Below, one piece after another: positions 1-11,849 of a stretch of 64,000 bases of DNA. Position 1 is the stretch's first letter, and each line of letters opens with the position of its first letter. The DNA comes from the human T2T-CHM13v2.0 reference genome, Homo sapiens. The notes under the pieces were generated by a model. It had not been told where the DNA came from and did not search any database. It saw only the letters and a program-made list of their open reading frames with translations. Location of the stretch: the NCBI RefSeq assembly GCF_009914755.1, contig NC_060931.1, one strand, 5' to 3'. The translations under genes and the position numbers were made by a program.

Positions 1-557
1 TTCTACGCGTGTGGGCAGGCGGCCAGGGCCCTGGGCCACATTCCCCAGAAAGCCACGTCTCCACTCTGGGGAGGGGAATGCTTCGTTTTTCTGTGAGTGG
101 TGAGGTCTCTCTTTTAACCTGTTATAAATTACCTTTTGTAATCTCTCCTAAACCATTATATAGAGGAGGGAGGGGAGACAAAGAATAAATACATCTGTAA
201 TAAATGTGGGATTTGGGAAAGATGATAAGATCAGAACAATTTGAATGAACGTGGCAAATGAATTTAGAGTTTTTGAACTATCAGCTATTTCTGCAAATAA
301 TGACTTGTAGAAGGAGAGGCTATTTTTAAAACAATTCATGTTCTCTGCTTTCATGTGAAGGAAATAAAACAAGGCACTCATGAATGAGCTCTTCAAGCAC
401 GGACTTTCCTGGAGCTCACAGGAAGGGGCCAGCACAGGTCAGGCTGGAGGCACAGTCTGATTCTACGGTGGCTTCACAGGGCGTGTTTGGAGAGCGCCTT
501 CCTCCTCCCAACCCTGCAGTCCCCGGCCTGGCTCCAGGTCTGCCCCGCAGCCCTGAG

Positions 558-848
558 GTGAGTCTCAGCATGTCCAGGCGTCTGAGGTGACACTGCAGCC
601 TCTCTCCGTGGCCCTGTGGTGAGTCTCAGCATGTCCAGGCATCTGAGGTGACACTGCAGCCTCTCTCGGTGGCCCCGTGGTGAGTCTCAGCATGTCCAGG
701 CATCCGCGGTGACACTGCAGCCACTCTCCATGGCCCCAGGGTGAGTCTCAGCACGTCCAGGCGTCCGCGGTGACACTGCAGCCACTCTCCATGGCCCCGG
801 GGTGAGTCTCAGCACGTCCAGGCGTCCGCGGTGACACTGCAGCCACTC
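558..848. repeat. 61-bp minisatellite, ~4.8 copies
   Basis: GTGAGTCTCAGCA(T/C)GTCCAGGC(G/A)TC...GTGACACTGCAGCC recurs at 558, 619, 680, 741, 802 (period 61). Confidence 0.95.
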
Positions 849-950
849 TTGGTTTCTCAGCTGCCGCAATCGGTCCTTCCAGTGTCCGACCTCTGGGGCC
901 CTCAGACCCCCAAACCCACCTTGTCGCTGTGGCCTCTCCGCCTCCTGCAG
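826..950 (+). repeat. 125-bp dispersed direct repeat, copy 1 (copy 2 at 2324-2448)
   Basis: CCGCGGTGACACTGCAGCCACTCTTGG...CCGCCTCCTGCAG aligns ungapped with 2324-2448; 6 mismatches by eye. Confidence 0.95.
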
Positions 951-958
951 GTGGCAGC
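944..958 (+). promoter_or_regulatory. CTCF-like motif CCTGCAGGTGGCAGC
   Basis: One mismatch to the CCASYAGRKGGCRS core; motif match only. Confidence 0.3.
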
Positions 959-1911
959 GCTACTGTAGCCTGCCATGCCCCACCCCTTGCCTCCATCCCC
1001 ACACATTGCCCTGTTTCTTGGGCAGCCATCTTCTGGACCTCTCCCTCCTGCAGGCGTCTCTGGCCCTGGGGGCTCCAGGAGGGGGTCTCCCCAGGAGCGT
1101 GTTCCCCAGTGCATGGCCCCTGTCCTCCAACACCTGCTCAGGCCTGCAGCCAAACCCACATCTCCCATTCCTGCCTCTCCTGAGCAGGAAGCCCCATGAG
1201 AGGGTCCCTTTACAATTCGTCCAGGCTGGCCCTGGGCCCTGTGTGGCCGCAGGTGGTCACGGAAGCCCCACCTGAGCTTCCAGGCCCCTCGTGCCAGGAC
1301 TTCTGAAGGTTGTGCCTGACTCACGTCTCCATTCTCGACCCATTAAAGGGGGAGCGGAGATCGTGCTTCCCAAGGGACCCTGAGGCCTTCTCTCTAGGTC
1401 TGAGAAGTGGGAAGTCCCCCATTGGGAGTGGAAGGCCAAGGCCACAGCACTGCCGTCATGCGCTCCAGAGAAAGGTCACCTGCCACCCTTCTGTGTGCTT
1501 ACATGTCTGTCAGGACAGCCCGGCTCCGGCCATGCCCTTTGCACATCCCGGCCTCCTGGGAACGCGGAGAACTTCGTGCCTGCTGTCCAGTTCTTGGCAT
1601 CCGGGAGCTCCAGCTGGCATGAAGGCAGAAAGAATAACAGCCAGTGGCAGTGGAAGGCATGAGCGCCCCCGGAGAGCAGGGCCAGACCATCAGCAGGGCC
1701 CCTCCAAGAGGAGCTCTGTATGCCGGGGGAGTGGGCTCGGCCCGCGGGACAAGGCTGAAAGAGCTCCCCAGACCCCTCTCTGAAGACAGCCTCTGCAATC
1801 TCCGGCCTTCCCGCAGTTGCCCGCGTACTTTCTTCATTCCTCAAAGGTCTCATTAATTTACAGTCTAAGTGGACCAAGAGAGATGTTACATATGTTACCA
1901 GGAAGCTAGCA

Positions 1912-2060
1912 TGTTCATTAATTAATTTCTGTCTAGTCATCCAATATTTATTGAGTCCTTAAGTCTGAGGCATTATAATAGTTACTGCTGTGGGGTCATA
2001 CAGATAAATAAGACATGGTTCCTATTTCTCAGACTCATCACCCACTGGTAAGACAGCCAC
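1912..2060 (-). mobile_element. LINE-2 3' end fragment
   Basis: CAATATTTATTGAGTCC...AGGCATT...ATAAGACATGGTTCCT resembles the antisense L2 3' end (caaatatttattgagcacc...aacaagacag..gtccct). Confidence 0.6.
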
Positions 2061-2323
2061 CGATGGAAACGACTCCAATCGACTGGAAAATAGAGAGGAA
2101 ATTCCTTTGGAATTTAGGGGAAAGAATAAGACTTTTGGCTGGGGTGTCAGATATTCGCTTATAGGAGCAATTTCTTCTCAGCTGCATGGCACCACCAGGG
2201 ACCAGGCCCCGGGGCCAGTCCAGATATCTGCAGTGTTAGCGAGAGACGCTGTTGACCCTTCTTGGCTTATCATGGAACTGAATTTCCTTAGGTTCAGTTG
2301 GTAGCTACCCTCGCCCCATCATG

Positions 2324-2448
2324 CCGCGGTGACACTGCAGCCACTCTTGGTTTCTCGGCTGCCGCAATCGGTCATTCCAATGTCCGACCTCTGGGGCCCT
2401 CAGACCCCCAAACCCACCTTGTCACTCTGGCTTCTCCGCCTCCTGCAG
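2324..2448 (+). repeat. 125-bp dispersed direct repeat, copy 2
   Basis: ~95% identical to 826-950, offset 1498 bp. Confidence 0.95.
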
Positions 2449-4329
2449 CTCCTGCTCTGTGTTTGGGAACGCGTGCGGCCCACAGGACAAAGCCTTGTTG
2501 CACACCCGGGTCAAGGGCAAATCCCAGCTGCACAGCCGGGTGATCCAGCGGCCGACCCTGCTTCCCTGCGTAGGAGGCCTGAGCCAAGGACACTGCGGCC
2601 CCGGCTGCACCGATGCATGGGTGTGCACGCGGGGACCGAGGGAGTCACGTGAATCATGTGGCTTCCACGAGCTACCTCTTCCCACACCAGGAGCAGGTGC
2701 CCTCGTCTCCATCAAGCGCTTTCTGGGGAGAAACTCCTTCAAGGATAACGGCAAATGGTGAGCGTGCCTCACTCTTTATAATAGAAATTACAAAAAGATG
2801 GAGAAACAGGCAGAATCCCACCCATTCCTGTGGCAAAGCCGAGACCCTCATTTCCAGTCTTTCTGGGACAGCGGAGCCCTGGGCAGGGGACACCGTGTGA
2901 CTGGCTCTAGCTCTCCTAAAACACGGGACGCAGGAGTGTTTCTTAAGTGTGACAAGGTGAAAGCCCCTCGCGAGTTGAGGAAGGTCTCATTACTTCTGAC
3001 AGAGGCCCCATGTTGGGGAGGTAGGTGTGGGGGCTCGGGGAGGTGTCAGGACAGCGGGATGGACGTGGGTCCACAGAGCTGACTATCACAGCCGCTCAGG
3101 ATGCAGCCGTGGTGTGTGTGCTCTGGCCTATTTTAGGTACAGATATAAAACAGAAGACTTCGGGGCAAAAGGAAGTCTTAGAAAAATATAAAGGAATAGA
3201 AAGAAACAGCTGTTCCCCGGCACAGAAAATTCCTGCTAAGAACACACAACGGGCACGGTGTAGGCCCATTAGTGTTGCTCTGGGTGCTGCATCCACAAGG
3301 GAGATTTGCTTCTTCAGAAATGTCAGGGGTGCCTGGTCTGCAAGGGGCTTCCCTCGTCGGAAAGTCTCCCATCCACATCCCTTCATGTGCCATGTTCGCA
3401 TCATGAGCAATGTTGTAATGAACAGCCACGCACTTCATTCTTTGCACATCTCAAAGAATTGTGTCCTTAGGATGAAGTGTCAGGGGACGAGTGTCCATGC
3501 CAAAGCATCTCCACACGTCGAGAGCTTCGGATGTGCACAGCTGCGTTGCCTCCTGACTGTCAGCCGAGCCCAGCGTCCCACCAGCAGGAGCCACAGCACC
3601 GCTGTCTGTTCCCACCGATGCCCAGTGTCAGCGTCCACTGAGTCGCAGCTCCCCTCTACACTGGGTGTGCCCGAGCTTGCTGCATGGGAGGAAGGTGGCT
3701 GATGGCAAGGGTGTGTGTCTCGACACTGTGGCTGCAGCACGGTTTCCTCACAGATGTTTGGGGAGAGGCTGAGAGGACCTGCCTGCCCTGGAGAGCCGGG
3801 TTTCTGCCTAGGGCTCCTCCTGTGCTCCTGCTCCCACCCCAGGGGCCTGGGGCTCCCGCTGGAGGATGGTGGCTTTGCAGACCCTTCCATTTTATTCATC
3901 GTGTTACAGAGCATTCTAAACCTCCTTCCTTCTAGAGTAGAGGCTCAGGGGTTAAGGGATATGTGTCTTCAAACGAGAACACTTCATTCAACAGACTTTT
4001 CCCGAAGACCACGTGCTGTGCGCAGCCTGACATGTGGTGCTCGGCCGCAAAAGCGCTTCAGTCTCGCCCCCCACCCCCGGAGCAGCCACCAACCAAGAAA
4101 CATTGTCTGTATCTGGCAGCATTTGGTCCCTGTCATGAGGTTACAGTGAGCCCCTGGCCCCCACCCTCACGTGTCTGTGAGGTCAGCTCCCCACGCCCTG
4201 GTCCTCCCCACCTGCGAGGAGGCTCGTGGCACCCACTTCACGGCTGGTGGGAAGACGGGTGAGACCACGTGTGCCATGTGCCTCATATGCTGCCTGGCAT
4301 ATTTTGGGTGCTCACGAATGCTGACTGCA

Positions 4330-4640
4330 GCCTGGCATTGGGAAGGGAGTGATCCCGCCAGGGAGGGGAGGCCTGACAGAAGACATGGTCTCTCAGGGGG
4401 GGTCCTGATGTCATGTCAGATGGAGCCAGGGCCAGGGGCAGGGCGGGGGTGCAGGGGCTCTCGAGGCAGAACCTGGGACCCAGCGCCCATGTCGGTGCAG
4501 TTGGGAAAGGTGCGTGGCTCCCGTGGGTGGTGCAGACGAGCAGTGAATGAAGATGAAGCTGGAGTGGCAGCTTGGCCCAGATCCTGGAGGCTTTGCGTTT
4601 GCACTGAAATGTGTGGACTTGACGCCAGAAGCAACTCCTG
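4330..4640 (-). mobile_element. Diverged LINE-2 fragment
   Basis: GAAGATGAAGCTGGAG...GGCCCAGATCCTGGAGGCTTTG...GTGTGGACTTGA resembles antisense L2 (gagatgaggctggag...ggccagatca..agggccttg...gagtttggattttat); boundaries approximate. Confidence 0.4.
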
Positions 4641-6016
4641 CGTGGCCCGAGTGTGGGCCTGGGCGGCCCTCCATTCCTCGGCAGGGCACTGCCTATCGCA
4701 GCATCCAGGTGCAGCCGGGGGGGACAGGGGTGAGGAGGGAAGGAGGCATGAGTGCCAGCCTCCCCACACCTGGGAGAGCAGCCTAGAGAGGAGTAGAGGG
4801 CAGCAGGGGCCCAGTCTGTCATCCAGAGAGGCAAGGGAGAAGGCAGGGGTGAGCGAGGCGGTGCAGGGTGGGGCTCTGCTCCCACGGGTTCGATGTGGGG
4901 CCATGCTTGGTGGTGGGGCCAGGCTGTGTCACCTGTGAGGTCACCCCTGTTCCTGGCACCTGGTAGGTCACTGAATCAACAGCCCACCGCCAGCAGGGCA
5001 GGGCGATGCATTTTGCGTCCCTGGCTCAACTGCAGAGTTTCGTTACCATTTCCCGGAAACCCAGACTCTCACCAATGCAGATGGTCTCCTAGCTATTTTT
5101 AATGAGGGAAGATTTGTTGGAAGCACAAAATTGAATTAAGTCACATTCAGAAATTCTCCTTCAAAGAGGAACTCACACAGTCAAGCTGAGAAAGCCAGCA
5201 TCTGAGGATAGCGGAGCTGCTCTGTGGTGAACATAGAATGTGGGGCCCTGACGGACTGTCCCCTTGCCCTGACGCCTCTCCTGGCCTCTGCCCCCACACT
5301 CTGGCACCAGAATGTCCACGGGGACAGCTCTGGTCTGGCCTGGCCTGAGCTGCAGGCTCTCCTGTCACAGCACTGGCTGAATGCCTCCCCTGGTGTCCCC
5401 TGGCCTTTCCCCGGCTGGCCACCTGTCCCCCACTGAGCTCACGGCTTCTCCCTGAACCAGCTTCTACTCCAGTCCCAAACCAGCTCCACACTGTGGCTCT
5501 CGGCCCCGTGCCCCTCTCCCCACACCAGCATGTCACTGCGCTCGCCGGCTGTGTTCCCAAGCACTTTCTCCCTCCTCTCCTTTCTCTACCACAGCCCAGG
5601 CCTTCCTCACCTCATGCTCTTCACCCATCCACCTGTCCATCCTTGTCCCCGGAGACGCTGTCATCCCACCCAAGTGACCTGCCAGCCACTGTGGAAGTTC
5701 TATGCACTGCAGATGTTAAACGTGAGGCTTTTTCCTACTCAGGGATGTGCAGTCAAATTGGTGCTCAGATGGAGTCTGATGAAAGGCAAGCTCTGGAAGG
5801 AACACGGACCCTGAGCAAGTGTGAGAGACGTAAGCCAGCAATGAAGCCATGCCCCAAAGCGAATCCACCACCATCCAATTCCCGCTCATACACAGCAGGC
5901 CAGAAAGACTTCCACGCTGCACACAACGCTCAGAGCAGAACGTCTGGGAATCAATCTATCCAAATTTGATTTAATTTATGTGGAATTTAGAGACCTGAGA
6001 CCTGTTGATTTATGTA

Positions 6017-6285
6017 GAATTTAGGCTTCCCCCGTCTGAATCGCGCTGGTGTATCTGGAATTTAGGCTTCCCCCGTCTGAATTGTGCTGGTGTATCTGGA
6101 ATTTAGGCTTCCCCCGTCTGAAGTGTGCTGGTGTGGGTGGAATTTAGGCTTCCCCCATCTGAATCGCGCTGGTGTATCTGGAATTTAGGCTTCCCTCGTC
6201 TGAATTGTGCTGGTGTGGGTGGAATTTAGGCTTCCCCCGTCTGAATTGCGCTGGTTTACGTGACATTTAGGCTACCCCCACCTGA
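6017..6285. repeat. 41-bp minisatellite, ~6.5 copies
   Basis: GAATTTAGGCTTCCCCCGTCTGAAT(C/T)G(C/T)GCTGGTGTATCTG at 6017, 6058, 6099... Confidence 0.95.
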
Positions 6286-6517
6286 AACACATTTATTTGC
6301 AGACGCTTGCTTACAAATAGCAGCCTGAAACTGTTCATTTTCTCTTGTAATTCACAAATAAAACAGGAATTACGAACATAAAACTTCTATAATCAAACGG
6401 GTAAGGATATTAGCCATCAGGTCACTGAAAGCTTTGTTTGTCTATTATTGGAGCCAATTTCCTGGTTAAATTTACTTTACATTTTGATATGTATTCAGTT
6501 CTCAGATAAACACACTA

Positions 6518-6872
6518 TGGAGGTTCCTCAGTGTATGATGGGGTTACATCATGGGGTTACATCCCAATGAACCCGGTGCAAGTCGAAATGTGCTAGGTTA
6601 GAGACGTACTGGATCCATATAACCTGCTGAGCATCACAGCTCAGCCCAGCCTGCCTTACGTGTGCTCAGAACACTCATGCAAGCCTGCAGCTGGGCGAAA
6701 CCATCTCTCACAAAGCCTGTTTATGATAAAGTGCTGAAGATATCAGGCCATTTCTTGACTACTGCCCTGAAAGTGAATAACAGCGTAGTTGGGTGAGCAC
6801 TCAGAGTACAGTTTCACACCACTGTAAAGTGAGAAATACTAAGTCCAACCATCCTGAGGCGGGGACCATCTG
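6518..6872 (+). mobile_element. MER47A-like (TcMar-Tigger) non-autonomous DNA transposon, near full length
   Basis: GATGGGGTTACATCCC, GTGCTCAGAACACT, CACAAAGCCT, GAAAGTGAA and terminal GGGGACCATCTG are colinear with the recalled MER47A consensus; internal 13-bp duplication ATGGGGTTACATC x2 (6538-6563). Confidence 0.8.
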
Positions 6873-7166
6873 TGTATTGTTGAGTCTGCTTTCCATGAAT
6901 CATGCTTCTTCTTACATGATAAATTTAAAGTAAATTAAAAGGCATGCATTACATGTTAAATGGGACAGAGTCAATATCTGGCTTGAAATATTATCAATAT
7001 TTTAAAGATAATATTAACTAAATTTTATAACCTTAAAAATGTACTGATCTGAAATAAAATTCTCGTGTCCTTAAAAATAACCTGCTTTTTCCCATACTAA
7101 ACAAAAATAAACTGACTTTTAAAAAACCTGTGGGGGAAAGGACGGTTTCCTCAACAGGTGGTTCTG

Positions 7167-8503
7167 GGAGAACTGGATATCTACACGCAGAGGAGTGAGC
7201 CAGACCCTCGCCTCCCAGGAGAACTGGATATCCACACGCAGAGGACTGCGGCCAGACCCTCGCCTCCCAGGAGAACTGGATATCCACATGCAGAGGAGTG
7301 AGCCAGACCCTGGCCTCCCAGGAGAACTGGATACCTACACCCAGAGGAGTGTGGCCAGACCCTCGCCTCCCAGGAGAACTGGATATCTACACACAGAGGA
7401 GTGTGGCCAGACCCTCGCCTCCCAGGAGAACTGGATATCTACACACAGAGGAGTGAGCCAGACCCTCGCCTCCCAGGAGAACTGGATATCCACATGCAGA
7501 GGAGTGAGCCAGACCCTCACCTCCCAGGAGAACTGGATATCCACACGCAGAGGACGGCGGCCAGACCCTCACCTCCCAGGAGAACTGGATATCCACACGC
7601 AGAGGAGTGAGCCAGACCCTCGCCTCCCAGGAGAACTGGATACCTACACCCAGAGGAGTGTGGCCATACCCTCGCCTCCCAGGAGAACTGGATATCTACA
7701 CACAGAGGAGTGAGCCAGACCCTCGCCTCCCAGGAGAACTGGATATCCACATGCAGAGGAGTGAGCCAGACCCTCACCTCCCAGGAGAACTGGATATCCA
7801 CACGCAGAGGACTGCGGCCAGACCCTCACCTCCCAGGAGAACTGGATATCCACACGCAGAGGAGTGAGCCAGACCCTCGCCTCCCAGGAGAACTGGATAT
7901 CCACACGCAGAGGAGTGAACCAGACCCTCGCCTCCCAGGAGAACTGGATATCCACACGCAGAGGAGTGAGCCAGACCCTCGCCTCCCAGGAGAACTGGAT
8001 ATCCACATGCAGAGGAGTGAGCCAGACCCTCGCCTCCCAGGAGAACTGGATATCCACACGCAGAGGAGTGTGGCCAGACCCTCGCCTCCCAGGAGAACTG
8101 GATATCCACACGCAGAGGAGTGTGGCCAGACCCTCACCTCCCAGGAAAACTGGATATCCACATGCAGAGGAATGAGCCAGACTCTCGCCTCCCAGGAAAA
8201 CTGGATATCCACATGCAGAGGAATGAGCCAGACTCTCGCCTCCCAGGAGAACTGGATATCCACACGCAGAGGAGTGTGGCCAGACCCTCACCTCCCAGGA
8301 AAACTGGATATCCACATGCAGAGGAATGAGCCAGACCCTCGCCTCCCAGGAGAACTGGATATCCACACGCAGAGGAGTGTGGCCATACCCTCGCCTCCCA
8401 GGAGAACTGGATATCCACACGCAGAGGAGTGTGGCCAGACCCTCGCCTCCCAGGAAAACTGGATATCCACACGCAGAGGAGTGAGCCAGACCGTCACCTC
8501 CCA
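7167..8503. repeat. 51/52-bp VNTR, ~26 copies, derived from L1 ORF2
   Basis: Unit GGAGAACTGGATATCCACACGCAGAGGAGTGAGCCAGACCCTCGCCTCCCA; both flanks continue as L1. Confidence 0.97.
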
Positions 8504-9360
8504 CCCGAGCGTGCGCTGACTCACAGCGAATAGCAGAGTGGCTGGACGCACACTTGGCCAGAACATACATGAACTCAGAGCTAAATGTGAGACCTAAAAC
8601 ATACAGGGCAAGACCTTTATGACATTGGATTTGGCCACGATTTCCTGGATATAACACCAAAAACACAGGCACAAAAGAAAAAAATAGATAAATTGGGTTT
8701 GATGACACTCAAAACGTTTGTGCGTCAAAGCGCACCATCCAGAGAGCGAAAAGACAACCCATATAAAGGGGGAAAAGATTTGCGAATCAAATTGCAGTGG
8801 GGGATTAATATCCAGAACATGTAGGAAACTTCCACAACTCAACTACAATAACGATGGAAAACCATCTCGTTCAGAAAACACAAAGTACTTGAACACATGT
8901 TTCTCCAAAGAAGACACACAAATGACCTCAGGCACAGGCAGAGGCGCTTGGCGTCACCAAAATCATTGGGGAAGCATGATTCCTCAGTGCAATTCCACCT
9001 CATGCCATGTGCGTGACTCTTACCGAAAAAAACAGAAAGTAACAGGTGCTGGTGAGAAGGCAGAGAGATGGGAACACTGCGCTATTGCAGCAGCTAGGGA
9101 GAACAGGGTGGCGGTTCCTCAGAGTTAGAAATGGAATTCCCATAGGAGCCGGCAGCCCTATGTCTGGGTGTCCATGGAGAACAACTGAAAGCAGGGTCTT
9201 GAAGAGGTATTTGCACGCCAGGTTCACAGCAACTTTATGACAGCAGCCAAAGGGTGGATGCAAGGCCAGCATCTGTGGACGGATGGACAGAGGAGCAAAA
9301 TGTGGTCCATCCACACTGACAGATGTCACCAGCCCTAAGAGGAGGGGGTGCAGACATATG

Positions 9361-9491
9361 GCATAACATGGGGAGTCCTGAGGACATGTGCCCAGTGAAA
9401 TAAGCCAGTCACCAAAGGACACATACAGCACAACACAGGGAACCCTGGGGACACTGCCCAGTGAAAGAAGCCATCACTAGAGGACACAGAC
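9361..9491. repeat. Old diverged 2-copy tandem duplication (~67 bp) inside the L1MB
   Basis: GCA.AACA..GG...CCTG.GGACA..GCCCAGTGAAA.AAGCCA.TCAC...AGGACACA.AC at 9361 and 9428. Confidence 0.75.
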
Positions 9492-11830
9492 TGTGTGATT
9501 CCACTTGTGTGAGGTCCCTGGAGTCATCAAACTCAGAGACAGAGGGTAGAGTGGGCTGCCGGGGTGGGGGGAGGAACAGGGGTCAGTGTTTACTGGGGAC
9601 AGAGTTCCAGTTTGGGATGATGGAAGGTTCTGGAAATGGGTGGTGGAGATGCTCGCACAACGTTGTGAACACATACAATGCTAAGAGGCGTGCACCTAAA
9701 AACGGTTAGGACGATCCATTTTCTGTTTTGTGTCGTTTACGTAACTATGAGATTCTGTATTACTGAGAAAAAGGCTTGAGAGAACCAGAAGTGTCACGTA
9801 AAGTGTGAGGCGTGAGCCGTGAGCAGTGATTGAGCCCAGACCCCCGCGACCAGCTCTGCTGCTGGCCCTGCCTGAAGCTGCAGCAGCCCCTGCCCTTGGA
9901 CCCCTGAGTCTGTGGGGCCTGCACTGCTGCATCTCTGGCTGCCCTGTGCCCAGAAACCCACCCTCCATCCTTCCACACTCAGAGCCTCCTCCCAGCTGAG
10001 CACCCTCCCCTCTGCTATGGGGCATCTGTGGGCCCCCCAGCTCCCACCCTGCAGACGTCTGTGGGCTCTGCCTCTCCCGTCTACACCTGGAGGCCCAGAG
10101 GGGCTCCTGAGGGCCACCTGGTACCCGGTGGGTACCCAGCGAGGGTCTGGCAAGGAGGTCAGCTCAGCTGGGCAGACACATGCAGCCCGGAGGCCTGGGG
10201 TGTCCGGGTCCCACGAAGCCAGGAGAACACAGATGGGGCCGACTCTGCCGCGCGGTCTCCTCACTGTGCTTCCTGCAATCATGCCTTGTACAGCCTCCTG
10301 ACAGGCCACCCTCAGCCCCATGTGGCCAGCAGCAAGGGCTGCTGTTGCACCCCAAGCCTCTCCGTCTAGGGGAAGAAGGCGCGTGAAGATCTTTCTCAGA
10401 AAGGACAAGCCCACAGCATCTGCGTCGGTGCCTCCTGCCTCTGACAGGGCTCCTGGCGCCCATGGCGGCTGGGGTTTCACGGGGGCGAGGGGCTGGGCCA
10501 CACTTGTCTGCATCCCGGGGCCCTTGGCTCAGTGGACAAAACAGCTTTAAAGTTCAAGGATAACTCAAATTGGATTTTAGAAATACAAAGTCTTAAAACA
10601 TTTGTACCAGACTAAGGGATTACACTCTTAACTTATCCACAGAAAGGCTTTTGAAGAGGTGGGGAAAGGTAGCTCAGATTTTAAATTGGGGCCTCAAAAC
10701 CTGCCTGTCTGCGGCTCCTTCCTTTGCCTGGCTGCTATTATCAAAAGGTAAAATGTCTTAGACTATTGAAAAAAGGATTTGCATAAATTGCTTTTACCTG
10801 CTTCTTATATGAGGTTAATGAAATTGGAACAAAAAGGAATGAATTCCCAATCCCAGACCAGAACCTCAAATCCCCCAGAAGAGACTTCCATGAGCCCCAC
10901 TGAGCCCAGGCATGAAGAACTCTTTCTCTGGGTCCAGGAGTGGCACCACCTTAATCAGCTCTCCTCATAAATGTCCCAAGGAGACCAGGAAACAGCCTCG
11001 AGGGAGACGGCGCTGACCCGGGGCCAGGGGAGTTTGGCTCACGTGATCCAGTCACACAGAGGTCGGTCGTTGTCTGGACACAGACAATGGGAATCTGGGC
11101 TGATACCGGGCCTTTGAAAATAGTCGGGGAGGAAAACAGAAAAGATGCAGAAGTTGATAATTGCTTTGATATACCCATCTCTGTTTTTTTTTTTGGACAG
11201 AATTCCTATTAAATACAATATAGAGTATTTCATTTTCTGCATCTGCCCATCTTTGAATCTTCATGTATTTTTAAAAAAGAATGAATTTAAAACTCTAATC
11301 CACTTGGCCCAGATTTGTTTTGGGAGGCAGGTGGGAACCCATGAGCTGTCTTGAGCACAGTGGCTGGAGTCTGTGCGGTGGCTGGAACCCTGGGCTCTGG
11401 AGGGCTGGATGCCTTCAGGTCCCGGACCCCCCACTCTGCTCCCGTGGACAGCTCCATCTTCAGCAGCTCCGTGCATAGGGACTCCTGGGAAGACTTCTCT
11501 TTGAGGAAATGTTTCCGCTGCTAAAATGCAAAGTTCCCCGAAGGCAGGTGGGCACTGTGCTGGTGCTGTCCGAGTGGAGCCTCTGGTGAGCCGGACACCA
11601 TCAAACAACATCAGAGCTTGCAAAAGGAGCTCTGCAGTGCCTGAGACCTGCAAAGGGCCATCCTGGGGTCCGAGGGCTTCCTGGTCCTGACCCAGTCCTG
11701 CAGGGAGGTCCTGGGAGGGTCGCTAGGGTGAGGACGCTGAGAGCCCATGTGCTGGAAAGGACCCAGGAAGAGGGCTGAGGTCTCACGCCTGGCAGAGATG
11801 GTGCCCAGGTAGTGACTGCACCACACCCAT

Positions 11831-11849
11831 AAGGGCCACCTGCTGGCCA
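11831..11849 (-). promoter_or_regulatory. Strong CTCF consensus match TGGCCAGCAGGTGGCCCTT
   Basis: Reverse complement of AAGGGCCACCTGCTGGCCA; matches TGGCCASYAGRKGGC at all core positions; overlaps E-box CACGTG at 11848-11853. Confidence 0.5.

Larger units (their letters stand above)
7130..9746 (+). mobile_element. Old LINE-1 (L1MB3/4-like) ORF2 3' end plus 3'UTR, interrupted by a VNTR made from its own sequence
   Basis: GGGGAAAGGAC...AACTGGATATC; TGACATTGGATTTGGC; TTCTCCAAAGAAGA; AGTGAAATAAGCCAGTCAC; ACAGAGTTCCAGTTTGGGATGATG in L1MB order; homologous to the L1s at 43.5-45.4 kb and 46.7-47.4 kb. Confidence 0.9.

Noticed and set aside
7195-8708. Overlapping repetitive ORFs (e.g. 269 aa +, 354 aa -)
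   Set aside because: Products of the L1-derived 51/52-bp VNTR; 52-bp units shift the frame repeatedly
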